Positions 12,239 through 26,200 of a stretch of DNA of 64,000 bases are shown one piece after another. Below the pieces are notes generated by a model that had not been told where the DNA came from, did not search any database, and saw only the letters and a list, made by a program, of their open reading frames with translations. This stretch comes from Squalus acanthias. Its lineage: Eukaryota. Location: the NCBI GenBank assembly GCA_030390025.1, contig CM059448.1:22692001-22756000 (forward strand). The letters run 5' to 3'. Within the stretch, counting starts at the first letter, position 1. Each line of letters begins with the position of its first letter. Made by a program: the position numbers and the translations under genes.

Positions 12239-13169
12239 CGCAGCCTTCAACATGTCATCGATGACGACGAACACCTTGCTAAGGCCATCCCCACGCCTCC
12301 ACTACTCGCCTTCAAGCAGCCGCCTAACCTCAAAAGTACCATCGTTCGCAGCAAATTACCCAGCTTTCAGGAGAACAGCGACCACGACACACCACAACCC
12401 TGCCACGGCAACCTCTGCAAGACATGCCAGATCATGGACACAGATACCGTCATCACACGTGAGGACACTACCCACCAGGTACATGGTACATACTCATGTG
12501 ACTCGGCCAACGTTGTCTACCTGATACGTTGCAGTAAAGGATGCCCCAGAGCATGGTACATCGGCGAGACCATGCAGACACTGAGACAACGTATGAACGG
12601 ACACCCCGCAACAATCGCCAGGCAGGAGGGTTGCCTCCCAGTCGGGGAACACTTCAGCAGTCAAGGGCATTCAGCCTCGGATCTGCGGGTTAGCGTTCTC
12701 CAAGGCGGCCTTCGGGATACACGACAACGCAAAATCATCGAGCAGAAACTGATAGCCAAGTTCCGCACTCATGAGGACGGCCTCAATCGGGATATCGGGT
12801 TCATGTCACGCTACAGAACGTGACTTGACATCGTTGCCGGTCTTTCCAGCTTTTTAAAAAAACAAACCCAAATGGAGAGGATATGCAGCGAGCAGGTGTT
12901 TTGACATGTTGGACCCCCTGGGACACATCTCATTGTCTTGGCTGTGCTCTTAGTATGTCTTTGATGTAGGGATAGATTGAATCTCTGCATTTTCTCTGTG
13001 TTTATATTCTGTGAATTCTGGTAGATTGTCTCACAGTAACTCTACCTGAGGAAGGGGCGACAGCTCCGAAAGCTTGTAATTTTAAATAAATCTGTTGGAC
13101 TATAACCTGGTGTTGTGCGACTTCTCATTTTTGTCCACCCCAGTCCAACGCCGGCATCTCCACATCACA
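12239..13169 (+). mobile_element. Penelope-like retroelement (Neptune-type), 5'-truncated: linker Cys motif, GIY-YIG endonuclease, 3' pseudo-LTR
   Basis: Stop-free frame 12239-12823 with AFKQPPNLK, CHGNLCKTC, NVVYLIRC...WYIGET...RQRMNGH...E...GLN. Flanked by TACATAAAT at 12230-12238 and 13170-13178. Confidence 0.9.
13043..13078 (+). ncRNA. Minimal hammerhead ribozyme motif in the Penelope pseudo-LTR
   Basis: UAC-CUGAGGA-A-GGGGC(GACA)GCUCC-GAA-AGCU-U-GUA: core boxes, stem II, palindromic stem III and a 3-bp stem I. Confidence 0.7.
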
Positions 13170-15021
13170 TACATAAATTACAACACGGAAACAGGCTGTT
13201 CGGCCAATCCAATCCGGACTTTTGTTCATTCTGTACATGAACAGTAGTACTAATCCCTATTTCCCAATTTCTCTTCAATCTTTTTTCAGCAATGTGTCCT
13301 TTGGAACTGAAAGATTAAAAACTAGCATTAGTGTTTTAGGTATTCAATGTAGATGTCAAGTCAGCTTCTTCCCCCTCCATCACCCACAGTGGCACATAGA
13401 ACTCATTGGTCCATTATCAGTTTTCCTTTAACAGAACCAGAAAACAGATTAGTGAATTGGAGGTTGTTAAATTTAAAATGATTTTAAACAACACAAAAAG
13501 AACCGAGTTAGCCTGAAGATGAAAACAAAATCAAACAGCAAAAAAAAAAGGGGACTCTGGAAAGACATAGCAAGACAATCAGCATATATGCAGACAACAG
13601 ATAGTCTGATTCAGGTGGCCTTTCTGAGGTCCACATCCGAAATGTAGACTGTTCTTTCCATAGATGCTGATTGACCTGCTGCATCTTTCTAGCTTTTCAG
13701 TTTTTATTTCAGATTTCCAACATTTAATTTGTCTTCACCAGGAAATAAGTTGTTTAAATCTCTTCTACAGCCTCAAACACAGCAAGTCTCTCAAATCTTG
13801 TCTCTCCAACACACACAGATGCTCTCATCGATGATCACAGCCCTCCTTCTTCCATTCACAGGGTGATCACAGTGCTCTCAGTAATTGTGTAATGGCTGTT
13901 AACTACACCCAACTGTCAAAAATTCAGCTCAATAGATTAAATGTAGATATCACTAAATGAGAATTTTATTAGTGAACATCATGTATATCTGAAGAATTCT
14001 TGTAATATTCTTTCATAAAAATTAGTGTACCACTCTGCAATTAATATTCACATTGCACATGTAACTTCTTTGAAGGCTGAGAGGCATGACTTTTTAAATA
14101 TTCTGTAAGAAGTATCAGTCTGTTTTTTCTTGTGAAATATGTTATTCAAAAGTTATATTGAAAGTTTTTTTTTAATTCTTTGCACACAGGGTCGCTAGAA
14201 TCTCTCCTACAAATTATTGCTTTAAAATGGATCTAGATATTTTCTAGAAAAAGAGGAATATTAAAGCATATGGGCTGCAAGCAGGAAAGGAAGACTAGAC
14301 TAGGTGGCCTATATGGAAAAAAAAATACTGGTGCCAACCTGATGGGATGAATAATCTGTTTCTGTGTTAAGATTCCATGATTCTGTTATTTTAACCAATT
14401 TTCCTCTCCACTAATCTCTTGAAGGCAGTAACATGATAATGGTTGCAGTGGTGCCAGCAGCAATTCTCCAATACCTCATCCAAGTGGCCAATGTTCATGT
14501 GTGAATATCAGCAGGTTACTTTGACTGGCAGTTCATAGCTGAAGTCAATCCTTTCCTTATCCAACAACCACTTTCCATCAGGGATTGCTGCATAGCCATC
14601 AGGAGCTGAAATCCTAGTTGATTTTTCCCCCTCTAGACAAAGAACAAACACATAAATTGTTCCACTCCCATTGTCACCCTGATTCAAATCAATTCAATCA
14701 ATACACCTGTATTACCTGTAGGCAAATGTGGGTGCTGTACCTTCTATACCTAAAGTTAAGTACAGGAAGGCTGATTCCAATGTGGATGGGCTCGTGTGTA
14801 TTTGTGACGTCTTAAGTGGTGATGCAATTTTTTAAAATTTCCTTCAAAAGCAATAAACTTTCAAGACAAAGTCTCAGTACGGAAAAAAAATCAAATAGCC
14901 TGAACATATTTTGCAACAGAGCTTCTTTAAAAAAAAATGCTTTTAACAAACTAGTATTTTTTTTAATCATTCCAGGCATCCAATTACATAAAAGCATTTA
15001 ATCCAGTTACACAAAATTACA

Positions 15022-15105
15022 TTCTGACGAAAGGTTATCGACCTGAAACGTTAACTGTTTCTCTCTCCACAGATGCTGCCGAGTATTTCCAGCATTTTCT
15101 GTTTT
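15022..15105 (+). repeat. Short Penelope-pLTR-derived repeat with a minimal hammerhead motif
   Basis: UU-CUGACGA-A-AGGU(UAUCG)ACCU-GAA-ACGU-U-AA, then TTTCTCTCTCCACAGATGCTGCC...CAGCATTTTCTG. Related copies at about 13520-13730, 16740-16915, 20323-20415, 34668-34858 and 52276-52485. Confidence 0.7.
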
Positions 15106-15610
15106 AATCCAATTACATAAGATATGTTAATTGAGTTTGGAACCCAGAATGTGCAGAATTGACTCCACTCTTATTGCAGAGTAAAAACACACACTTTGGA
15201 CAGTGTAAAAAAAAATGGAATGAAAATTATGATTTTCTGCAAATGCAATTTAGAGCTTTTTCCATTTGATCATCTAATCCCATTACAGCACATTCTTCCA
15301 GCAGTGATGAAACCAGCAATGCTAAAGCTACACAAATGCAGAGCATACATGTGAAGTTAATTTTATCTGCTAATAAATTATTGCCTTGCTTTATTTGGCA
15401 AAGACCAAAATAAATACATTTACAATCAACATTTTTTGATAGTATTGGGGGTTAATTCATAAGTTTTCAAACTGGATACCTTGGGCCATAGGAGATCTAC
15501 ATGGTCATTTGATTTCTGTCTATCCGGAGCCAGGCATGCACCATGCTGGAAATAGTGTCTGAAGAATTCTGCATTTTATTAGACTTAGCAATTGATTATT
15601 TTTCTTTGGG

Positions 15611-16510
15611 TAGCTCTTGCCAACTCTCGGATTGCCTGGGAGTCTCCCAGAATAGGGCATGGATCTCCCGGGTGCTGCTGCGAGCAGTTCAGGAGATTAT
15701 TTAGATTTTAAATTTCTCGCCGCAGCAATGCCCACTCCCAAGCCCGTGAAGTCAGTGTCTGCCGCTGCAGAGCCATGACCGGCTGGTCAAGAACAATCGG
15801 GAGCTGGTGCAGGAGGAGGGGGACATTGGGAGTACGGTGGGGAGACTGGGGAATGAGGTTTGGGGGATAGGGAAGTAGACTGGGAATGGGGGGGGGGGGG
15901 GGGGAAAGGGGTGTATCTGGGGAATGGTGGTCAGTGAGAGACAGACTGGGGGTCAGGTAGAGAGACAGTCTGGGGAATGAGGATGGGGGTCCAGGGAAAG
16001 AGGGTCAGGGATGGGAGAGAGGGAGACTGGAGTTCAGGGGGACTGTGGCTTGGGCGGCAGAAGAGGGAGACTGGGCTCGGACTTCAGCAGGGGTAATAAA
16101 AGGATCGGGGGGGGGGGGGCAGTCGAATGGCCTCCCCCTATTCTATCATTCTAGGAAACCTCTCCTTTAATGAGTCCAAGCCCAGAGAATGGCTTAGAAA
16201 TGTTGATGCTGAACTGAGTTTAGGATGATGTGCCGCAAACACTGGGCTCTTTGTGCAAATCGCTTGGTTTGGTTTAGATTGGTCTGTACCAACCGGTTTT
16301 GACGTGTGAAGTCCCAGTACAGATCAGCTGACTGAGGCTCCCAGTTCAGAGTGGTCATCTTCATACAGAACCAGAGTCCAACCAGAGTCCAAGGAGATAG
16401 GGAAATAGATGCAATAACATTTGCAGATGTCACTTGGGCAGATGTCATGTGGTCAGAATGTCACTCGATCAAACCTCCAAGAACACCTTTAACCAGAACT
16501 AGCAATTCAT
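15611..16510. mobile_element. Degenerate hAT-like non-autonomous element with a G-rich interior
   Basis: Ends resemble TAGGGTTGCCAAC...GTTGGCAACCCTA-type TIRs (TAGCTCTTGCCAACTCTC...CCAGAACTAGCAATTCATA); GGGGA-rich core at 15810-16120. Confidence 0.45.
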
Positions 16511-19500
16511 AAGCTTCCTGCTGGTTGATCCACAGCAGAACATCAGCATTGGAAACTGATCAGCTGTCCCAACTGGAAGAAAATGGTGGTGAATATTGAT
16601 GCACTGTGTACACAAAACACTTACACAAAAACACTTACACATAGAAAGATACACAAGTTTTATTAATAGAAATCTTTCTTGGATTGCAAGATGATTTCAT
16701 AAAGTTCACAACCAGATTAAACTGAATTATAAAAAAAAAATACTAGAAATCTGAAATAGAAAATGCTAAATACACAGCAAGTCAGTCTTCTGTAAAGAGC
16801 AAGGTTACGATACTTCAGGTATGTATCCTTCATCAGGACCTAAGTAAACACCAGGCACTTTTCTTTTTACAGATGCTGATTGACCAACTCTGCATTTCCA
16901 GCAGCTATTTTTTTCATGAAACACTTCATACAAAGCCTTCTAGATACAGAGCTGGCATATATTTAAGATGTTCCAGAATTGTGAGGCATGTAAAAGTTAA
17001 CAGCATCTGCCCAGAGGAAGGCAAAGAAACCAGTTCATCCTTGCCAACTCACAAGGACATAGTATAAATTCTGGAAACATTATCTACCAGCATATAGACT
17101 TTAATATATTCAAAAGTCTGGCCATCAAACACTGTTACTTTGTCAGCTATCCAAGGAGTCTAATCCTAAATCAATTGCACCAATTTACATCAAGCTCAGA
17201 CATTCATCGCAACTGTAAATTTATCAGCAAGCAGTTAATGTTGAATTATTGCAAAATAATGAACTTTGAACCTGTCAATTAACCCATTTACTAATTTGCA
17301 TACTGAAAGTTTTAGTGCTATGATTTTAAGCTTAAACAATTGTTCACACATGACTGTTCTAACTGATCACTGGCAAGAAAGGGTTAATTCATGCAGTATC
17401 TTGTGCAGCTGCTGATGGCAGGTTGGTAGCATAAACGCTAATATAATCCAAATCAGTTGATGCAAGACAATTCAGCATGCAAAATTTAGGCATTAACTCC
17501 TAGGCATAAACTGGTTCGTAAACTCCAGATGGCTCCTTGACGCCATGTTAAGGTGAAGGATTAATCTGGATCCCTTGATGAATTCTCTTTTCAGGCTACG
17601 GATCCCAATGTTACAGGATCCAGATTCAGTCCTGTCAGTGCTAAATTGAAGAACAAACTTGCTTTTATATAGCATCTTTGACATGTTGCCATGCCAGTCA
17701 ACAATTTCTATTGGACAACATTGATGTAGGCAAGTGCCACAGCCAATTTGCACATAGCAGATCCCAGAAACAGCAGAGAAATTAATTTATTTTGGTGGTA
17801 GCAGTTGCATGTCAAGACACCAGGCGAAATCCCCTGCTCTTCAAATAGAGCCACTAGATTTTTTACATCCACTTGAGCGGGAAGACAGGGCTCTGGAGGT
17901 ACCATCTTTCAGATAAAAATTTAACCCAATGGTGCAGCATTCCCTCCGTTCTGCATTCAAGTGTTAGATTATTTGCACAAATTCTGGACTTGGGCAGCAC
18001 TGACAAGTTCTGCCACTGAGCTAAGCTGAAACTTATGTAAGCTAATGCAGAGTGGAGGAGCAATCAAGTCCCAGGGGAAACTGGTCAGCTAAGCCAGTGT
18101 TCCCACTCTTCATCACTATCCACTGACCCCTACTGAAAGTACCTGCATAGATAAGAGCAAAAACAGGACACTGTCAAACCCCTCAAATTAATTTTGCCCC
18201 TTGGTCAAGGTACGGGGCGTCAATACTATAACTACATAACTATCTCAGTAAGTCAAAAGCTTTCAGCAGGAGGGGAGGGAAAAAAATCAAACTAACCATA
18301 TACTGATCTATAGTTTTAGAAATTCAATTGGATTTATATGCCATTTTAGAGCAACACTTTTGCAGCCCAGCACCTTCCTGATGGCTCATCTGCCTAACTT
18401 TGCTACATCATTGGTAGTGTTAGCATGAATACATATTTTAATAATTTAAAACAGTTGGGAGCAATTACAAGTGTATAACTGCAAAAGATTTCAACTTAGT
18501 AACCACAGTATATGCTGCTAGAGATTCAAAACAAGCACATATTCTGAAACACTTCATCTGTATGCCAACATAAATTTACTTTTAACTATTATGGCTTTGT
18601 TGTAGTGCACCAGTTCAAAAATATAGCTTTCTTTATCCATAGAGGAGTTGTTAGATAGTATTTATATGTGCAGTAAAAGCAATGTTTCATATGCACCAAA
18701 ACATCTGAAGCTACTTAAGCTTTGAGTTTTGTGCTGTGTACAAATAGTCATTTTATTTTGTAACAAGGAAGCATTACAGTTCAGACAAATCTGAAGCTGG
18801 TTTACAGCTAGTTTGTAAAGCATTTTAAAGGGCAGGAATATAATCTCCTAGTGGTCAATTGAAATCCACCATCCAATACTGTACCACGAGACAACACCTT
18901 GAACAAATTACTCTACTGGAATGGATTAGTGTTCATTAATTTAGAAAAAAAAGTTGGAGATTCAACAAGTTATTTAGCTAGCTGGACTACAATAAAAGTA
19001 GCATCATGTTGACATACAGATGAAGTGTTTTAGAATATGTGCTTGTTTTGAATCTCTAGCAGTATCTACTGTGGTTACCAAGTTGAAATCCTTCGCAATT
19101 ATACACTTGTAACTGCTCCCAACTGTTAAGTTATTTGAAATATATATTTATGCTAACCAATGATGAGGCAAAGTTAGACAGTTGAGTCGCCAGGAAGGAA
19201 CACTGAGCTGGTGTAGGATTGCATAAGCAGTTTCTCAACCACAAAAACAAATTTCAAGAATTCATCCTGCAAGAGAGCATCTCATGTTGAGAAATTCTGT
19301 ACTTGTTTTGCATCACCCTATGCAAAGCACCCTCAGCTTCAAAGTAGTAACGGGATTTGAAATTTAAACAAAACCAAAAAGATGAAATTGCTCAAGAAAT
19401 ATTCCAAGTATTTTCCTTTAGCTGGTCTGTTCTCAAAATTAGTGGGAAGTTTAGTGTTTGAGGCATGTTTACATCTAAACTTATTTGCAGAATAGAAAAT

Positions 19501-19536
19501 TTGACCATAAACAGATATGCATATCAATAAATATTC

Positions 19537-19654
19537 TTTATTTGTAAATTCTGCACATTGCGCTTGTACATATTACATCCAAACATCATTTTAAATGGAT
19601 GTCTATTGTAAAACCTTAAATCAGAAGTTTCATTTTTCTCTGTACACATTTATT
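19537..19654 (-). terminator. Candidate GGNBP2 polyadenylation signals (AATAAA at 19654-19649 and 19542-19537)
   Basis: Minus-strand AATAAA hexamers about 350-470 nt downstream of the stop, in U-rich 3'UTR-like sequence. Another lies at 18757-18752. Confidence 0.5.
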
Positions 19655-20008
19655 GGTAGAACATCTCTCGTCACTAGACATTTGTATAATTCTCACAGTA
19701 AAGAGAAACATTTAGTGAGTGGGAGAGAGGAGAGGCATTGTTCAAAAGTATAAAGTAAGCTTTTGCAGACATCTGGCCGAATACTGCATAAGCTTCGAGA
19801 AAGCAGATGAGCAAAAATGTGCTCCCCACCACCAGCCTGGGAGAGTGTAGAAATAAAAATAAAAATAAACCACACCACCAACTGTTCAAGGTAAAATTAT
19901 GCAACAGGAAACAAAAATCTAAATTTGTTAAGATTGAGAGAGAAGGCGCAGTGGTCATTGAGAGTGTTTGTGTAGAAAAAAGGTAGCTTCTGGTTCAAGC
20001 TTTCTTTG

Positions 20009-20206
20009 CTAGTTTACACCAGCTGCCGTCAGCCAACCATTGCAGACATTGTAGTCATTGGAGCGACAGTACTTGTTAAATTTCTCTTTTAGGTGCTGCC
20101 GGTATTGTTCTCGGTTGATGTAGAAAGATTGGTTATTTGTCATAAATGCCTGTATTTCATCTTGGGTAATGAAAGTCTCTTCCTCAGAAGTACATTCAGA
20201 TTCTTC
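20009..20206 (-). CDS. GGNBP2: GGNBP2 last coding exon (EESECTSEEETFITQDEIQAFM...GWLTAAGVN*)
   Basis: Acceptor gattttcag, TAG at 20011-20009; 198 nt. Read by hand. Confidence 0.95.
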   Translation of the reverse strand, partial: EESECTSEEETFITQDEIQAFMTNNQSFYINREQYRQHLKEKFNKYCRSNDYNVCNGWLTAAGVN

Positions 20207-23200
20207 CTGAAAATCAAACCAGCAAATTACAACATTGATTTACAGCAAAGACTTGTGTACTACAAATCTTGTTAACTAGCATGCAGCAGCATTAGTAAAA
20301 GAACAGGACCTTGACTAAATATTAGGTCATCAACCTGAAACGTTAACACTGTTTCTCTCTCCACAGATGCTGCCTGACCCACTGAGTATTTACAGCATTT
20401 TTGGTTTCTATTTTAGGACCTTGACTAACTTTATTTGGAACATGGGGTTATTCAATGAGATTACAATGACTAGTGCATTGTAAAGTCACAGCAAACATTT
20501 TGCATTTGCAGCTATAAAACTGCCTTGCTAATAACAGAACAAATTACATAATTAAATGTAGAAAAAAAGTGATTTTTCTATCTAGTGAGATTATACAAGG
20601 TTTACTAGAAACTACAAATGAAACTTACGCAACAGACGCTGCACTACAAAAGGAATTTAATGTATAAAGTACTTTGACATGTTTCAATGTGACATGGTAC
20701 TGTGTAAACAAATGTTCAGTTGTCTCAAACTCACCTAGCCTGCTTCAATAGGTTTTCCTGGTAATTTGTTCCACAAGTCTAAAATCTATAGGTGATAAAA
20801 GTTCCACCTGGCTTCTCTGCTGGGCTTCATTCCTTGCAGCTTCCTATTATAATATTTCCCCTCTACTAGTTAAACCTTTTTCCAGTGAATAGGTGTTTAG
20901 AAGTATAATAAAAGGTCCTGTTGACCAATATTTACTTAAGTTAGAACTTCTCCACAGTTATGATGAAACCCACTAAAAACAACTAAGAATTAGAGAATAC
21001 TTTATAGGATGCAATTAGAGATTTCACTGGATGGAAGTTAAATAATTTAACTGCTCAATTAACTCATTTATTAAACTCATCTGAACATTATTTATAGTCC
21101 ATCCCCACATTATCCATCTCAACATTCAATGTGGCAACAGCATTATGGAAAAAAACGATCTCAATTTTCCAACATGAGAACTGCTGGTCTGTCTGGGGTG
21201 GCCCTTGCTGGCTGAACTGCAAGATTCAAATTCCAATTGGAAAAGTTTAAAATTGATGCATCAAGATAAAGACTGGAACTGTAGCAACCAACAGTATTAG
21301 CAATGTCCCAAAAATAGCAATGAGCTGGTTTTTTTTTTAAAGTGGTAGTGGTTTCCAAGTAAGGATTGAGGGGTACGGTGATAAGGCAGGTAGGTGGGGT
21401 TGATATACAGGAAAAATGTGACTTAATAGAAACTTCCAGGACCTCTGGGATCTTTGTAGCATCTGGAAGACAGTACCTGTGACAACACAGCAATTCTTTA
21501 GTACTGCACTGAAGTGCCAGCCTAGATTAGGTGCTCAAATTCTACAGTGGGATTTGAACCCACCATCTTCTGACGAGATGAGTGAATTACCACTTATCCA
21601 AGCTGATGCTTAGTCGGCATGCTCGTTGGGCCTAATACAGTTCCTAAAATTTTTATAAATACCACAGATTTGGTAGTGCTTAAAGCATGTAGCTGAGCTA
21701 AATAAAATTAGTTTGCAGCTATTTTGCATTAGAGGTGCAGGAAAAAAATTCCCAAACCTGCTAATCACAAGGCTTGGGAGTAAAAAGCACATGTAAACAA
21801 GTTAACATTTCTCATGAGACAATGATTGAGAAAACGTCCTGACAAGTGCCGCTGAATCTAGTATTTTAATTCAATGTTAGCAGATGTTAGTATTTCATTT
21901 GGCCAAATTAGAATTAGCTCCATCTAGTGATGAGCTGCTACACAAGATAAGATAAAAGTAATGGTCAGGTAAAACAGATTTGAATACATTAAAATACTGA
22001 AGACCCATGCATCAAAACTAGCCAATGCCCCTCGCCCTGTCTCTCCCTGCCCCTCCCCCATTCCATTGCAGCTATGACACTGGCATCTACCTCACCATGT
22101 GGAAAATCTCATGTTCTATGCACTAAACAGGAACAGTTTAGCCCAAGTAATTAGCACCTGATCAGTATTCTCCCAATTAGCAGTGATGGAAGGAGTAGTT
22201 AACAGTATCACAAAGCGACATCTTTTCAACAATGATCTGCTCACCAATGCTTAGTTTGGGTTCTGCCAGAACTATCTGGTTCTAGACCAAGGCACAGCCT
22301 TAAACCAAGCATGGACACAAGAGCCAAAGATGAGAGAATAGTTGATAGAATGTGTCACCAAGGAGCTGAAGCAGAACAAAGGGAAAACCATCCAGTAGAT
22401 GGAATTATAACTGATTTAAAAGGAAGATGGCCATGGCTGTTGGAAGCCAATCAATGCACCCTCAAGATATAACTGCAGTAGTTCCTCAGCTGCTTTATCA
22501 ATGATCTCGCTGCTTATTCTACAGCATTCAGCTCCATTCATAACTCTGATAAATGAAGTAGCAAGACCAGAGTAGCAACCAGGCTTGTGCTGACGAGTGG
22601 TAGCTAACATTCTCACCGCATGTGCCAGGTAAAGACCAAATCCAACAAGAGGCAGGCAAACGACCACCTCCTCATCCTCAATTACACCAAGCCCTCACCA
22701 ACGACCAGAAGTTTAACTGGAGCAGCCATACCAACAATGTGGCTACAAGAGTGGGGTAGAGGGTTAGACTCTGATAAGTGGTTTACCTCCTGACCCCTCA
22801 AAATTTCAAGTCAGGATTGTGATGGAATACACAACACTCCCAAGTTCCACACCACCCAGGACAAAGCAGTTTGCTTGATCAGCACTCCTGTCACTGTTGG
22901 TGCACTGTGGCTGCATTATGTACTATATACAGGCTGCTCTGCAGCACCTCACCAAGTTTACTTCAACTGCACCACTCAGTCCTGCAACCTCTACCACTAA
23001 CAAGGACAAAAGGAGCAATATCATGGGAATGCTACTACCAAGTTTCCTTCCAAGTCACAACATCCTGATGGACATGTGCTGCCGTTCCTTAATAGTCACT
23101 AGGTCAAAATACTGGAATTTCCTACCCAACATATGGGAGCAGCATCAGCACAAGGACAGCAGAGGTTCAAAGGAGAAGGCCCACCACCTTCAGGAGAACT

Positions 23201-26200
23201 AGGGATAGGCAATTAAAGTGTGGATTTCCAAAATCCCAAGAGGAAAAAAAAGGTTCCAAGCTTTTCTGATGACTTGAAAATTGCTCAAACCACAACCTTC
23301 CTGTTGAGTGTTTGCAATATAGTTTTTAAAATGGAAACAGAAGCACTGGATTTTGTATTTTATTTTTCCTCGCTAATAGTGAATATTGGAAGGACTGTTG
23401 GTCTTAATTAAAATTAACAAATGGTGCAATGGGCTTCTTTCAAGAAACCCAAGAATGGTGGTCAGCCAGGATATATATTTTGCAACCTGTTATTTGGTAT
23501 TGGTGGTACGTGCGGAGTGACGAGCACAACAGAGCTGGCAGACTGTTCTAATTCCACTGAACACCAGTTCATAAACTTTCTGCTTCCAGCAATTTTGCAC
23601 AGGAAGCCATTAATTTCTTTCCCAATTTGAATTGTAGATTAAGTCACAAAGAAAAACTCCTTTCAATATACCAAGTTTAATAGAAACTTGTGAATTAAAA
23701 CAGAACTTGGCTTGCTGCTATTCATTGAGCCAACAGTTCTTTCCCTCCCACCCCGCTCCCCACATAATTAAAAAATCAGATTTATAATCACAGCCTAACA
23801 GTACCTTGGCAGGCTGCCCTGTGGCATCAACTGATGATTTATAATGTACAGCAGACATATATGGCAGGTGCTTTGAAGCCTTTTATAGTATCATTTTTAT
23901 TGCAAAGCTTTGAAGAATGTGCTGGATGAGTATATAGAAGAACAAATGCAGCTGCCATGTTTGTCTTATTTTAATTGATTACACATTTTGGGGTTATACT
24001 CAATTAAAAAAAGGAAAATTGCATTATTCTATAGTCTTAAATCAGTAATGTGATTTTGCAAAAAGGCAAGTTATACTGAATTATGTACATTTTCCCCAAT
24101 TCTTACATGGAGTATTTGCTACTGAAACTAATTTTACTGTAAAACTGTCAAATTTCAAAAGTTTAATTGATAAGTTGTATTTTTTCTGGTGTAATTTTTT
24201 AATTAGGCAATCTTGTTTTGTTCAGCAGGAGAATTTTCATTCTCATCTTGGAGGTAGAAAATATGCTCGCTCTCCCTGCCCAAACAACTTTTAAAATACC
24301 ATTGAATTTATCCACATTTCCTACAACCATTTGGATCAATTCGTTCACTTCTGTTGATAATACTTTCCAGTGGTAGGATTGTAAAATAATGTAATTTGTA
24401 CTCGAGTGCAAAGAGCTGTTTTACAAAGTGTAGATTGGGAGACGAGTAGAAGAATCACTATGTATAACCATCTACAGTAGCAAGTTTACAAAGTCAAGAA
24501 ACAATGGCTAAAGCACAGTTCTAATTTTTCTCCTGAAATATAAAGTGAGTTACTGACAAGAAATTACTATCTATTTTACTAGATCTAACTGGATACCAGT
24601 AAATAATAACATAATTTAACCATTTAAACATTGTGAGTTACAACTTTCATACTTACAAGTAGTTCCTTTAAGGTTTTTGTGCCTCTTCCCCAGTCAGGCA
24701 GACAGGGTGGTGGAATTTGTGAAGATTGTGAAAAATGCTTTTCTGACAGAATCTGTGCTACCCAAGCTGGCTGCTGACCACCTTTCTCTAATGAGTTACA
24801 GCTATCTTTGGTTTTGTCATGGCGGAACTCATTATGAAAAGCGTTACCCAAGTTCTCTTGTCTGCTTAGGTCCATGTTACAGTCTCCAGCATTTTCACTC
24901 TAGAGAAAAAAATGGAAAAAATTACAAATTTCAGAGCCTTTGACTGAAAACACCTTAGTATTTTTATTTTTGGTCTTTGTTAAAAATAGGAAACTTAAGG
25001 AGCCTCTAACAAATAGAGGCACTTCACTGGATGCACAGAAGTTAAAAGACAGATGTCCAGTCATCTCAGGCTCAAATCAGAGGCTAGGACAACCAGAACC
25101 TTGGGACACTGAACGTGCTTAAGCGGTGCAGTCATTCTCAATGTTCCTTCAAGGATAGGAAAGTTCCAGTAACCGAGAGGGGAAATAACTTATCTAATTT
25201 GGTGAAAATAATTCTGGAATGATTGTGCTCATTTGTGTAAAAACATATCTATCTCTGAAAGTGACTGGAGTACAGACCACAAAAAGTTGCTACGTCTGGA
25301 ACACCTTAGTTAATTGTGCTGAAACTTGGTAGCAACTGTCCCCACTTCTGACAGGGAAGGGCAAGAGGCCAAAATTAAATATTTAAAAAAAGGTACTAGT
25401 TATATTTTCCAAGCACACCGATAGAGCTGCCTAAAACCACCAAAATACTTACATCGTCATCACATTTTACACCTTTGCCTTTCTTCTTTTTCTTCTTGTT
25501 TTTGCCTTTTGTGTTCTCTTCGGCAGCATTGGCCCAGCATTCTACACAACTGTCCACACCATCCTCCTCTTTGTCCTCCACACAGTGATGTACACAAGTG
25601 TCGTCTCCTGACAAAGAGAGTGCAAAAACGTTAACTATGTTTATATACTTATGGATTTCTACCAATCTGAACAGAAAAAAATAATTGGGCTGGGTGATGT
25701 AAGCAAGCAGCACTAAGTTGCAGAGTATACCTTTACGCCACCTTCAACATGGCTCCTTTAAGTAGGCACATTTAAAAAAGTTGTGGTGGACAAATTTCTA
25801 TTCAACTTAATATTGGTAGCATAATTTTAAAAACCCAATAGCAACTGCACACCACAGGTACTACAGGTTGAGTGTCCCAAATCCGGAATGTTCCGAAACA
25901 ATTGGTGGCAGGGGTCCGGAATCTGTAAAGTGTTCCGGAATCCGGACACCAAGGGAGGCTTACCAAAAGCGCAACCTGGGCTCAGGCATTTCCGAACTCA
26001 GCATGTGTTTCTGATGTCCGAAGTCCGAAAATATCGCAACCTGGGCTCGGGCATTTCCGGACATCAGAAACACGTTCCGAAGTCCGGAAAAACCCAAAAA
26101 CCGGCTCGGCCTTGGTCCCGAGGTTGCCGGATTTGGGACGTTCTACTTGTACCTGAAGTAATTTTCACTGCCTAACTTTGAAATTTGGAAGAAAATCAAG

